A stretch of 64,000 nucleotides of DNA from Eledone cirrhosa (taxonomy: Eukaryota): NCBI GenBank assembly GCA_964016885.1, contig OZ024741.1, positions 335,234,001-335,298,000 on the forward strand, written 5' to 3'. The translations under genes were made by a program, and so were the position numbers. This document shows, in pieces, positions 13,019 to 25,045 of this stretch (its first letter is position 1; each line of letters begins with the position of its first letter). The notes beneath the pieces were generated by a model, which saw nothing but the letters and a program-made list of their open reading frames with translations, was not told the DNA's origin and made no database searches.

Positions 13019-14270
13019 ATTGTTTTATGGGGTGTTTTATTTTGTTTTTTTTTCATCCTACAATGATATCTTTTACCGACTTTTCTTTTTATCAATAATG
13101 GCTCCAGACAACTATTACATTGTTGTTATCTTACCATTCTATCAGTTGGAAATAGCTAGTCATAGCTTTATTATATTGCCAATGTTATGCTCCACTCCTG
13201 CTGTTTTGCCATATTTCCCTCAACTTACTCAGGATAATTGTCTTTTGAGTTTTTCATCCTTTAAAAATATCTTGTGTTACTTTACCATTTCTGCTGTTTC
13301 AATAATTTGATATATCAAGCAGGCACTTTTATAGGAAATGTGGATTGGAGGTCTCACAAGAAAGTTCATTAGAATATCTTGTGGTATATGTTCTGGATAT
13401 TTGTGATCTGTGTTCAAATCCTGCCGAGGTTAATTTTGCTTTTCAGTGCCTGTCACTTCTTAGCTGTGGATTGAAGTACTTTTAGAGCATCAGAAAACAT
13501 CTTTTAAAGTATCTGTTCTGTTTATACATGCTCAACGTTTATGTAATTTTATTCCAGTAATATATCATTAAAGCATCATTTTTATTTTTAATTACTTTGT
13601 GTCAGTAACCAACATAAACTATTGGGTTTCTCTTGTTCAAACCATTTATTTATCAAAACACAAATTCTTCAGTTTGTATGATTGTGCTCATATATCCAAT
13701 AATTTTTGTATATAAGGAATACCATTCCTGGACTCCAAAAATTAAATGCTATCACCATCTTTATTGTTGGCATGAGCCCACTAATATATATATATATATA
13801 TAAAGTATACAGAAATAACAAAGCAAATGACACAGTACAATGAAGAAATGTATCAGTTTAACACTTAAAATAATAGGCAAAGATTTTTAATATTTTGGAC
13901 ACTAGTCCTGCATTGGAAGATAAACTGAGAAATAAAAGATGAAATAGAAAGACAAAGGGTAAGAAGAGGAAGTAACGGAAAAAAATTGAGAAAAAAACAC
14001 ATATTCAGAAATGCTAGTCATTGGGCATCTTAGGGGTTAAAGAGGTTTAAAAAGGGTGGTAATCAGTGTATATTTGGAGTGAACATGTGTATGCATGCAT
14101 TTGTGTGTGCATGTAGGTGTATTCATTTGTTTGTGCACATGTCTGAAGTATGGGTGATGGACTGTGACAGGCTGGCTACTGTGAGAGTGTGGAGGTGTGA
14201 ATATACTATGCTAGTTTGAACTGACCAATATAGGGAGATGTACAAACATATTTGTAGTATATATATATAT

Positions 14271-15675
14271 ATATATCTGTCTTGTGTTAAAATATTTTCT
14301 AAATAATCAAAGGTATAAATAAGATATTAATGATATACCTTTAATTCTGAAAAAATACAGTGATCAAAATAAGAGAACAGAAACATAATCTTTACGAAAA
14401 CACAATGTAACTTCAGATTTGGTCTACAAACTAGGGTTTATGCATTCTCAAAGATTAATAAGAAGTGTACAGAACCTTGCTTTGGATGACTTCGGCACAT
14501 CTCTATCCACATGAAGTTACCATCATATTGCACAGTTTGGAGTGATATTATTCCACTCTTTCTCTAGTTTCTTCCATAATTCAGTGGTTGTAGCTGGTGG
14601 TTTTGCCATGACATTGTCGCCAATGATCTTCCAAGGGTTATCAATTGGATTTAAGTCAGGACTCTGGGCTAGCCATTTCAATGCTTCTAGGAAAGGCATG
14701 TTGCTGAAGAAGGTTCTGGTACACATTAACATTAACAGTACCATTTAAGCATATGAGAGGCCCCACTCCGGCTGAGATCATTCTCCAAACCATGACACTG
14801 CCTCCTTCAAATTTTACATAATATTTGACACACTTAGAAAGAAGTCTTTCTCCAGTTTTATGTCTTACATATTGGTTACCATCTGAACCAACCAAATCAA
14901 GCTTGCTATCATCACTAAATGAACTTTGGGCCAGTTTTTTTCACTCCACACAACATGCTTCTCAGCAAAGACATGTCTAGCAATTTTATTTTTATTACTG
15001 ATAAGAGGTTTGATCACTGGGAAGCAGGCTTTCAATCCAGCTTCTGCCAAATGATGAGAGACATTTCCTTGCCCAAATTAATGCTGTTTTGTCAAGATAT
15101 TCCCGCTGCAGTGTTGAAGCAGTTCCCCATAGACATTCTTTGGATCATACGGTCTACTCGTTGACTTGTTTTACGTGGACAACCGGCCTTCTTCGTAGAC
15201 ATGAATGAGTTGGTTTCATTATACAATTTCAATATCCTCGCTATTACACTTTTAGAACGACTAACTTTCCTTCCAATGGCCGAGAGAGAGGGAGAGAGTC
15301 CATCACTCTTCATTTGAAAGACTTTACATTGGAGAGCTTCAGTTATCTTTGAATGAGATGGCATCTTGCAAGAGTTGATAGGAAAATGGAACGTACTGGT
15401 AATGTGACCTTGTTGATATTGTTGCCAGATATTTCTAGAAAATCCAGATAATTACCCTAAAATATAAAAGATCACATCTTATTTTGATCACTGTATTTTT
15501 TTAAAATTAAAGGTATATCATTAATATCTTGTTTACACCCTTAATTTTTTAGAAAATATTTTAGCACAAGACAGATATATGTACTTCAAATATTGTTTCA
15601 AATTTTAAAGGAAAATGTTGTCAAATAAGAAAAATGAAAAGTTGATTTGTCGTTCTCTTATTTTGATCGATACTG
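14271..15675 (-). mobile_element. Tc1-family DNA transposon, IR/DR type, defective
   Basis: Right TIR of ~200 bp (15477-15675) ends CTG|TA and carries inner and outer direct repeats (TCTTATTTTGATC). Left TIR 14271-14374 matches only the inner half. A transposase pseudogene lies inside. Confidence 0.9.
14458..15364 (-). pseudogene. Tc1-like DDE transposase, frameshifted
   Basis: Fragments: HTH plus AGCPRKTS (GRPRK-like), KPLISNKNKIAR, VKFEGGSVMVW, WLAQSPDLNPIDNPW. Split over four ORFs; the segment that normally carries the second catalytic Asp (QQDN) appears deleted. Confidence 0.9.
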
Positions 15676-16219
15676 TATATGTCTGTATCTATCTATCTAT
15701 CGATCTATCTCTCTCTATATATAATATAGACATTAAAATATCATTAATTTAATGATATAGGCATTATTATATAATATATTCAGTACAACACAGTATACAT
15801 GTTTAAAGTGTTTATAGTCTTGCTTTCATATTAATCTTGAAAAAGTAATTTAGATATTGAAATCACTTGAAGTCTGTAGTTTGTTGAACATCATTATCGT
15901 CCCCATCAACACAGCCACCATCATCATCATCATCATCATCATGATTATTATCATTATTTTGATACTAATATTATCATTATTATTATTATTATTATGAAAT
16001 CTTGCCATTATTTTTCAAATCATCCAAACAATAAGAACTCTTATAGTTTGAAATCGTTGCTTATGAGAAAGAGATAACATTTAAAAGATTCCATTCATTA
16101 AACTCTCTTTAACTCCATTTCTACAGTGAAATTTAAAAGAAATGCTATAAAAGTTTAAACCCTTTCATGACTGTATTTCTAATGAAACATGTTCTATGTT
16201 CTATTTCAATTAATTGATG

Positions 16220-16630
16220 GTTTCTAATTTAGGCACATTTAGGGGAGGGGAAAGTCAATTAAATCAAACCCAGTGTGTTAGTGGTACTTTATTATATCAA
16301 CCTTGGAAGATTGAAAGGCAAAGCTGACTTTGGCAGGATTTGATCTCAGGACGTAAAGAGACGTAACTATATGAAGCAAAGTATGTTGTCCGACACTCTA
16401 CCAATACTGCCAATCCTCTACCCACTAAATAATTATTTCTAATTTAGGCACAAGGCCAGCAATTTAGTGGAAGGGATAAGTCAGATACTTCAACCCCTAG
16501 TACTGAATTGTTACTTTATTTTCTCATCTCTGGAAATATGAAAAGCAAAGTTTACCTTGGTGTGATATGAGCTAGATGGAACAAATGTCACAAAATGCCT
16601 GGTGCATTAATGATACTGCCAATCCACCAC
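16220..16630 (-). mobile_element. Two tandem Nin/Deu-domain-like SINEs
   Basis: Two head-to-tail units like those at 4831-5520. Confidence 0.75.
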
Positions 16631-17468
16631 TCTTTATTTCAATTACTTAATAAAGAATTCTGAGGGATTTAAAAATTATTAATTATTTTATTACTAATAT
16701 AGTAAATAATTTAATGTTTCTTACATAAAACTAGTGAGTCCTGGCTGTTATGATTGAAGGTCATGTATATTAATAGTTAATGTAAATCTGTTTCAAATTT
16801 TAGATAAACTGCTTTCTAGATTTGCACTCCTTTCTCCAATATTTTCTCTTTCTCTCTCTCTTTCTTTCTCTCTTTTTCTCTCTCTCTTTCTCATTCGCTC
16901 TTTCTCCCCCTCTCTCGATGTGTATCTCTTTATTCCCTCTTTTCTCTCAGTTTTTCTTGCTCATGCATAGTATTTGTGATGTCAAACTCTGGCTTTCTTC
17001 CCCTGTTAGTCTTCTTTGATGACCCCCATCTCACTCTCTTTCTCTCTCTTTCTTCCCCCGCCTTCTCTCTCATTTGGCACAACAGCTGATTGTCTATGAG
17101 GATAAGGAAGGCATATTTATTAGTAAAATTGTAAGGATGAGAAAGCGAGAGAGATGAAAAGGAGAAAAAGCCTACATAGATTTTATTAACCATTACACTA
17201 AAAAGCAAAAACATAGGCCCAGAGGTACACAATGTTTATTGAATATATATAGAGATATATACAGAGAGAGAGAGAGAGAGAGGTAAAATCCAGACTGTGG
17301 TGCCAACCGGTTTCAGCTTGTGTGCTCACACACAAACTAAAACTCATTGGAACTGCAGTGTGGATTTTACCTATCTCTATACCCCCTCTATATCTCGCTT
17401 TGCATTGAGTACTCCCATGATTAGTGGTCTCCCCTGTCTTAGCACTGCAGATTTTCTCTCTCTCTCTT

Positions 17469-17529
<61 letters not shown>

Positions 17530-17661
17530 GTGAGGTTTTTTTTACAAAATGAAAAATAACCGAGGTGTCCTACACGAGTGGAAGTATAAAGAAAAAGAGT
17601 TGAAATCGAAAATGCAACTGAAGTCTTATTTAAAAAAATATATATATATATTTATTTAGTT

Positions 17662-17705
17662 CCTTTACCGGTTTCGGTTTCGCAGTTCTTCTGCTTTTCA
17701 AAAGG
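17662..17705 (-). ncRNA. Minimal type I hammerhead-ribozyme motif in the 3' pLTR (GAAACC duplicated)
   Basis: Minus strand: CCTT-TTGAAAA-GCAG-AAGAA-CTGC-GAAACC-GAA-ACCGGT-A-AAGG. Confidence 0.6.
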
Positions 17706-18742
17706 TGAGTTGAGATGGAGGGTCTGTGGTTTTTCTCACATCTGGTTGGTCTCTAAATGTTACTTGTTTTATATGGAAAAAGTGGCTCGAAAGCCAAGTT
17801 TTTCGAGAAGTAATTTGATTGGTTTGTCAATAATTATAATAAATTTTGCGCCAGTTCGCGTTACAATAGTTCTTCAAATAAGAGAGGGGGGGGGGGGGGG
17901 TTGTCACAGGTTGTTTTTTCATATATGAGTGTTTGAATTTCTTTTTACTTGAAAAAATGAGGCTCACGAAGGCTTTTTTTTGGTTGGTTATAAATGAAAT
18001 TTGGCTGTCACGTGAACAAGTTTTCATTACATTTTTGCGCCCTTATTTGGAAAACTATTCTGTAGTCTTTATAGTGAATGTTATGACAATGGAGAGATAG
18101 TGGTCAAGGGAAAAGGGATTGGGAGAAATGTTCTGGTTCAGTGAATATGGCCAGCTGTCAGAGTTCAGGTGTCAGAGTTCAGATTTTCTATTGAGACTGA
18201 AGATATGTGTTTATTTGTGTGCTTGTGTGTGTGTATATGTGTGTGTGTATGTATGTGTGTATTGGAAGATGATTCTATTAGTAGAGATGGGGGAGGGAGT
18301 TGTGTGTGTGTGTATATGGGTGTTATGTGTGTGTGTGCGAGTATGTTAGATGGAGAGAATATATATTTTGTGTATGTGTATATATATATGTGTGTGTAGG
18401 AAGTGGTTCTATTAGTAGAAATGGGGAGGGTGTTGTAGGTGTGGGGGTTGTTATGTGTGTGTATGGGTGTTATGTGTGTGGGAGTATGGTTAGCATGTTA
18501 AGATGAAGAGAATATATATATATATATATATTGTGTGTGTGTGTATGTGTGTGTGTAGGAAAATGATTCCTTTAGTAGGAATATTTTTGAATGAACATAT
18601 TTTCCTGACTTTTTCGTGTTTGCTGTTGTATTGCCAGTGCAAACGTATGTTAAGGTTTATTTAGTTCGGGTTTTTATTTTCTAAAGTAGAAGGTGTTATG
18701 TGTGTGTGTGTATGTCATATTGTGGTGTTGACATAATGTATA

Positions 18743-19986
18743 TTAAACCTTATTTAATGTTGGTCTATATTTTTGAATAAACATATTTTCCTTATTTATT
18801 CGCATTTGTTCTGTTGTATTGTTAGCGCAAAGGTAAAATGGGAAGACTTGGAATTTGGGTGTCTTATTACTTGCGCAAATGTCTAGATGTGCACTTAGTG
18901 GTATCTGTCTCGTGGTTGGATCTCGTAATTGTTGGCGATGAACTGTCATTCTGTTTCTGAGTGTGAGTTTAGTTTGTCCTATATAATCTTCATTGCATCC
19001 TTTACATTTAATGGCATAAATTAGATTTTTTGATGAGCAAGTGAAGTGATTTTTTACAGTAAAATTTTGTCCTGATTTAAATGTATACGTGTTGTCTTCA
19101 ATGAGGTGAGTGCAGGTTCCACAATTAGAGCAACCACATTTTTTGATACTTGATTGTGGGTTTGTGGTAGGTAATTTGGCATTGGTGAGTAATGTTTTCA
19201 GTGATTTTGGTTGTCTTTTGCTTTTGATTATTTTGTGTGTTTCAAGGGCTTTTTTCATTCTTGGGTTTTGTTTTAGTAGTGGGATGTTATTGTGAATAGT
19301 GTTGTAAGCTTCCACATTTCTTGGGTTGTGTGTTGAGATATATGATAGAATATTGGACGTACCTTGAATTTGTTTCTGTTTCCGTAATTCATCAATGCCT
19401 ATTGCTTTAGCCCTTTCTATTCCATTATTTATTAGTAATAGTGGGTACTCTCTCTCAAGTAGAATTTCCTTTAATTCTTGAAGTCTTTTATTTCGCGTTT
19501 CATAATTGGAGACAATTGTGCAAATTCTTCTTGCTAGGTTAAAAGGAATGTTCGTCTTCGTGTGCTTTGGATGGTTGGAGGTGAATAGCAGATATTGTTT
19601 GGAATTTGTTGGTTTGTAGTGTATGTCAGTTTCGATATTTGTGTCTTTTTTTGTGATTAAGATGTCCAGAAATGGGAGTTGATCTTGGCTGTATTCCATT
19701 GTGAATTGGATGTGGTTATTGATGCCGTTTATTAAGTTTTTGAAATCCTTCAGTTGGTCGAGTGTGTGGGACCAAAGAATGAGGCAATCATCCAAGTAGC
19801 GTTTCCAATTCTCCGATAAATATTTGTGGAAGTTCAATCCGTATTTTGATTTGAACTGTTCATATATCTGGACTTCTAAGTATGCCATGACTAAGTTGGC
19901 ATAAGTTGGAGCGGCTTTTGTGCCCATCGCAGTCCCCGATATTTGCTTGTAAGTATTGCCATCGAAATCAAAAAAGTGGTTCTGTA
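18743..19986 (-). CDS. PLE reverse transcriptase C-terminal half plus GIY-YIG endonuclease (5'-truncated, uninterrupted frame)
   Basis: NHFFDFDGNTYKQISGTAMGTKAAPTYANL, WKRYLDD, LPFLDI, HYKPT, Cys linker KKCGCSNCGTC, NLIYAIKCKGCNEDYIGQT, RMTVHR, KENMFIQKYRPTLN. Confidence 0.9.
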
Positions 19987-20133
19987 GGCGCGAAATTTAT
20001 TATAATTATTGACAAACCAATCAAATTACTTCTCGAAAAACCTGGCTTTCAAGCCACTTTTTCCATATAAAACAAGTAACATTTAGAGACCAACCAGATG
20101 TGAGAAAAACCACAGACCCTCCATCTCAACTCA

Positions 20134-20171
20134 CTTTTTGAAAAGCAGAAGAACTGCGAAACCGGTAAAGG
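20134..20171 (+). ncRNA. Minimal type I hammerhead-ribozyme motif in the inverted pLTR (U3-A8 core variant)
   Basis: CTTT-TTGAAAA-GCAG-AAGAA-CTGC-GAA-ACCGGT-A-AAGG: stem I, core, stem II, GAAA, palindromic stem III and a GUA cleavage triplet. Confidence 0.7.
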
Positions 20172-20241
20172 AACCAAATAAATATATATATTTTTTTTAA
20201 AAAATAAGACTTCAGTTGCATTTTCGATTTCATCCCTTTTT

Positions 20242-20300
<59 letters not shown>

Positions 20301-20559
20301 ATGCCTATATATTGGCTTATGCTGAAAGATTTTAATTTTATATAGAAATCCTTTAAAATGGGGAGTGGCTTTGTTTCATAGAACTAGAGCTAGTTTTGGC
20401 CAAGTTGGTATCAAAAGTGTTAAATGTAAGTATATGTTTGTATATTGTATATTTTATTTCCACTGTAATATAGAAATAAGTATCATACACATCAGTGTTC
20501 TAGACAACAAAGCTATCTAACTGATTTGGCAACACTTCACTCTAAACTATAACATAAAC

Positions 20560-20930
20560 AGCAAAAGCTGGCTCCTACTTATCTAGATGCTTTTAGTATC
20601 TTGGTGACTATCTCTGATGGTCCCGCAGCTTTACCATTCTTTATTTCCTTGATTGCTTCATTGACCCTATAACTGTAGATTTCAATAGCTGGTTCTGATG
20701 TTGGGTAAGTGGTGGGTAATCTCTCTTTCTCCTATTCATTCTCTACATTTACCAGTTTCTCATAGTAACATTTCTAGGCCTCATTCGTTTGACCATCAGA
20801 GGGGCTACGTGCACCAGCATCATTTTGAACACGCTTTTTTCTCCAACAACATCCCGATTCACACTGACACACTGCCTTGCAATGCAAAACATGTTACGTC
20901 TCTGATCTTCATGTCATAAGACATTGGCAA
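20560..20930 (-). mobile_element. Degenerate internal RTE fragment
   Basis: Reverse complement resembles ~47230-47570 of the full RTE (CYYEKLVNVENE...IKEIKNGKAAGPS). Confidence 0.65.
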
Positions 20931-21561
20931 ACTTTCTCTACTCCCATTTTTCCAGATTTTCCATACCTGTCTCTTGGCTTTAATGGCCCTGTCCACTGTG
21001 CTGTTTGACCACTGTCTAGCTGGTGTTTTGCTCTAGCCACAAGTAGTTCACAATAGGTTGTCAGATAAGATTCGCTATATATATAATAGTCAGATGAGCT
21101 ATCGATTCCAGAGTCAGGCATGATCGATACTGATTGTAACTTGAGATGACCAAACATGTCACACATGATTAAACACAATGATGATATTTGAATATCTCGG
21201 TTCAACTCCTTTATTTAGAAGGCTAAATAGTGAGTTCTGTTACACTCTAGTTTCACCTATGCACTCACAGGGTCAGCTAAACTCTACTTCAGTATTGAGT
21301 ACTCTTTTCTCATGTCCGTCAATATATATATATATATATGTGCATGTATGTACTTATATTATATGTATATAGGTGAGTGTGTGTTTGTATATGAATATAT
21401 ATATATGTGTGTATATATATATGTGTGTGTGTATGTATGTGTGTATGTGTGTGTATGTATGTGTGTATGTGTGTATATATATATATATACACACATACAC
21501 ACATACATACACACACACATATATATATACACACATATATATATATATATATTCATATATA

Positions 21562-22285
21562 TCATCATCATCATCATCATCAACGTTTAACGTCCGTGTT
21601 CCACGCTTGCATGGGTTTGGACGGGGGTAGTCCCACTTGAGGCAAGAGTGATTGTCTTGCTCGCATAGGACTGTCTGGCAGGTTTTCTACAGTTGGATGC
21701 CCTTCCTAACACCAACCACATTTACAGTGTGGGTCTGGGAGGTTTTTACCGTGTTACCTACACGGCCACATTACAGCGTGGACTGTGCGTTTTTTTGTCG
21801 TGACACCTACACAATCTCATTTGTTTCGGCCTGGATGGCGCGGCACCAACATAACTTTACATAGAACGGGGTGGTGTGGATGGGGTGGTGGTGGTGGGGC
21901 GGGGTGTATTTTGTTAGAGATGCCTACTGGCTGTAGTAGGTTTTACTATGTATTTAGGTAAGGCGGGTCTTCTCTGTTACTGAGTACCGCCAAAGGTCTC
22001 GGTCCAGTGACATTGTCTTGGAGAGGTGTAAGTGTGTGAGGTCGGAGTTTATCAGCTCATCCCAGGTTTTTCTAGGTCTGCCTATTCCGTGGCTACCGTC
22101 TATCTTTATTGCCCTGCACTTTGTTATACAGCTATCGACTTTCATGCGCATCACGTGTCCATACCAACGTAGCCTTATCTCGAGTAAACAACATCTGATC
22201 CCTCTTATTTCTAATTTTTTCCTTAGTTCGTTTATGCTTTGCCGTTCACGTATATTACTGTTACACATCCAGCGGAGCATGCAAT
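21562..22285 (-). mobile_element. 5'-truncated RTE LINE, family 2 (long composite 3'UTR, (TGA)n tail)
   Basis: [46 protein letters not shown], then a ~400 bp 3'UTR ending GGACGTTAAACGT(TGA)n. Confidence 0.85.
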
Positions 22286-22371
22286 GTATATATATATATG
22301 TATATATATATATACACATATTTATATATATATGCATGTGTATATATATGCATATATACATATATATATGT

Positions 22372-22416
<45 letters not shown>

Positions 22417-22462
22417 TATATGTGTATATATATATATGTGTGTGTGTATATGTATACGTATA

Positions 22463-22543
<81 letters not shown>

Positions 22544-22656
22544 AGATTTTATATATATAATATACACACATATATGTATACACACACATGCCCACAAAAA
22601 TTCATTATCATTAATATATTCCTTGGAATGTTTTTCCACACATTCACTCACCACCG

Positions 22657-22687
<31 letters not shown>

Positions 22688-24279
22688 CATCATAATCATC
22701 ATCATCACCATCATCATCATCACCATCACCAGCAGCAACAAATGCAGCAGTAGTAAATGCAGCAGCAGCAGCAACAGCAGTAGCAACCATTCACTCAATT
22801 CATATTCCTCTTCATTTGTGAAATTGTTTCAACATATTGTTACCATTTTGTTTTAGATATTATTTATTATTTTTTCTTCCATTTAACTTGCACTCTCATA
22901 GCATACAAATTTCATGATGTATTTGTTCCTGGGAAATCATTTTCTCCAAATTTTTCATTTCTACAAACACACATTGTTATTTATTTATGCAATAATCTTC
23001 TCGTTAAATTATATTTCCATCCTTCAGGTGAACCCCATTTTGTCCGACATTTATTGTTAATTTTCTATTTATTACCATCTTCTACTTTTTCTTCAAAATT
23101 CATCATCACTTAAACAAAATTATTATTATTATTTTGGGGGGTGGGTGGGTGGGTGATTCGAGGTTTTTGGTTGTTGGTAACAGTGGTGATGTTTGTTGAT
23201 TTTTGATTATTTTTTTAAAGTCTTATTTTTTTTTCTAAATTGGATTTTTTTTGTTGTTGTTGTCTGTATTTATTTCAATTTATTTTCTTTCCTCATCTCA
23301 CAAAATATGCTTCCTGTCTTCTTTCTTCTCATCATAATATTTCTTTGCCACCCCTGGGGTTCGATGATGGGGTGGAGTGGTGGACTTCACCACTGTCTTC
23401 TTTCCACTATGCCTATAACTTCTAGATAGCTTTTGCAAACATTCTTCTCTATTTATCACTTTCTCTACTACACACACACACATACACACACACATAAACA
23501 CACACACACGCACACATACACACACATATATACATGCATACACACACACACATATATTTATATACACACACACACACAAATGCACACATACATACACTCT
23601 ATATTTCTTTGTTCTCTCTCTCTCTCTGTCTCCTGTTCTTTCTCTCTGTTTGTCAAAACATAGCTTTCTGTGTTTCATTATCTTCACTTGTTTCCTGCAA
23701 ATACTTCTACTCTTTCTCCCCATCTTGCCAGTTTGAAATTTCCACCATATTCTAAAACCAAACAACAAACCATTTTAGGTGAAAATAATTAATCATCAAT
23801 AATGGCTGTAAAAAAAATTTTTTCTTGCGTAGTTGTTTACCAAAATATGTTCAACTTGCAGAATCTTGCACAATAATGTTGACATTACATATCAGTACAA
23901 AACAAAAAACCAATAATCGGTAAACTATTTCTTCAAGCCTGTGGCATTCAAGAAGTTTGTAGGAGCTGGGTCACTGACAGCGAAGTTCATGTCATCATTA
24001 CTGGCATGAGGTGTCAGCGGAAACCTGTGAGTGTGCTTGGTTGTTTCAGTATCTTAGCCATGCCATCATTTGTAGTAATGCTGCGAGCATGTTGGCTTGC
24101 CTCAAAAAGTTCTGATGACGTTTTGTGGTGTGTAACTAATAGATGCACTTAGTGGTGAATTAATTTATTTTTTTTGGGGGGGGGGGATCTCAATTTGATT
24201 GTTTTTTGTGTATTATATTTATAGGGTTCCTAGCATTAATTAGAAAAAAAATTAGACAATGGTTTTAAATATATTTGTA

Positions 24280-24440
24280 TAGGTATGGCTATATGGTTAA
24301 AGAGTTTGCTTTACAACCATATTGAAGTTTGTAGTGGAGTCATACTGCATAGTACCTTGGGCAAGTGTCTTTTACTATAGCATTGAGTTGAACAATGCCT
24401 TTTGAGAAAAATTTGGTAAACAGAAGCTGAAAAAGCCTGT
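24280..24440 (+). mobile_element. Degenerate tRNA-derived SINE (further family)
   Basis: GGTATGGCTATATGGTTAAAGAGTTTGCT...ACCTTGGGCAAGTGTCTTTTACTATAGC...GGTAAACAGAAGCTGAA. Related copies at ~1467-1595 and ~11190-11300. Confidence 0.55.
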
Positions 24441-24657
24441 CATGCACAGCAAAGTTGTACAGGTAAATAAAAATAAAACACCTGAGATGAATGAACAACA
24501 AAATCATCTATTTTCCTCATTAACCTCCCTCTGGGCAATGCAGTTTTGTGCATAAGGGTGGTATTGCATAATATTAAGCCCAGGGTGCATGACAGTTTGA
24601 AGAACTCACCAGAAAGATGCATATGACCAAATACAACAACATAAAACAGGGAACATC

Positions 24658-25045
24658 AATCATCATCATCATCATCATTTTCCATACTAGCATGGGTTTG
24701 ACCTGTTCTCCTATTTGAGGCAAGTCAGGTCAGGTGACCATGTCTTATTCATACAGAACTGTTTCTGGGTTGGTTTCTATGACTGGATGCCTTTCATAAT
24801 GCCAACCACATTTACAGTGTGTGCTGAGTACTTTTTGTCATGACACCTACATGACCTCTTTACAGTGTGTGCTGGGTGCTTTTTGTTGTTACACCTACAT
24901 GACCACTTTACAGTGTGGGCTGGGTGCTTTTGACATCTACACAACCACATTCCAGTGTGGACAAGGCACTTTGTGTTGTGACACCAATACAACTTTACAG
25001 TGTGGGCTGGGTGCTTTTTGTCATGATACCAACATGACCACTTTA
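24658..25045 (-). mobile_element. RTE family-2 3'UTR fragment with expanded ~40-45 bp tandem units
   Basis: About 6 copies of TTTACAGTGTG..CTGGGTGCTTTTTGTCATGACACCTACATGACC next to the GGATGCCTTTC motif and a (CAT)n tail. A similar fragment lies at 25225-25500. Confidence 0.7.

Larger units (their letters stand above)
17522..20248 (-). mobile_element. Penelope-like retroelement (probably Neptune group), 5'-truncated with inverted pLTR
   Basis: RT plus GIY-YIG ORF. Region 17585-17852 is repeated in inverted orientation at 19987-20248, exactly where the RT is truncated. Both ends abut (TA)n. Confidence 0.92.

Noticed and set aside
12475-13098. Long YI/IY-repeat ORFs (also ~21.3-22.8, 26.5-27.7, 28.8-30.7 and 42-45 kb)
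   Set aside because: Translations of (TA)n/(CA)n microsatellites, which lack stop codons; not genes.
24806-25045. Regularly spaced TTTACAGTGTG repeats, CRISPR-like
   Set aside because: The intervening sequences are homologous to each other and belong to the RTE family-2 3'UTR unit.
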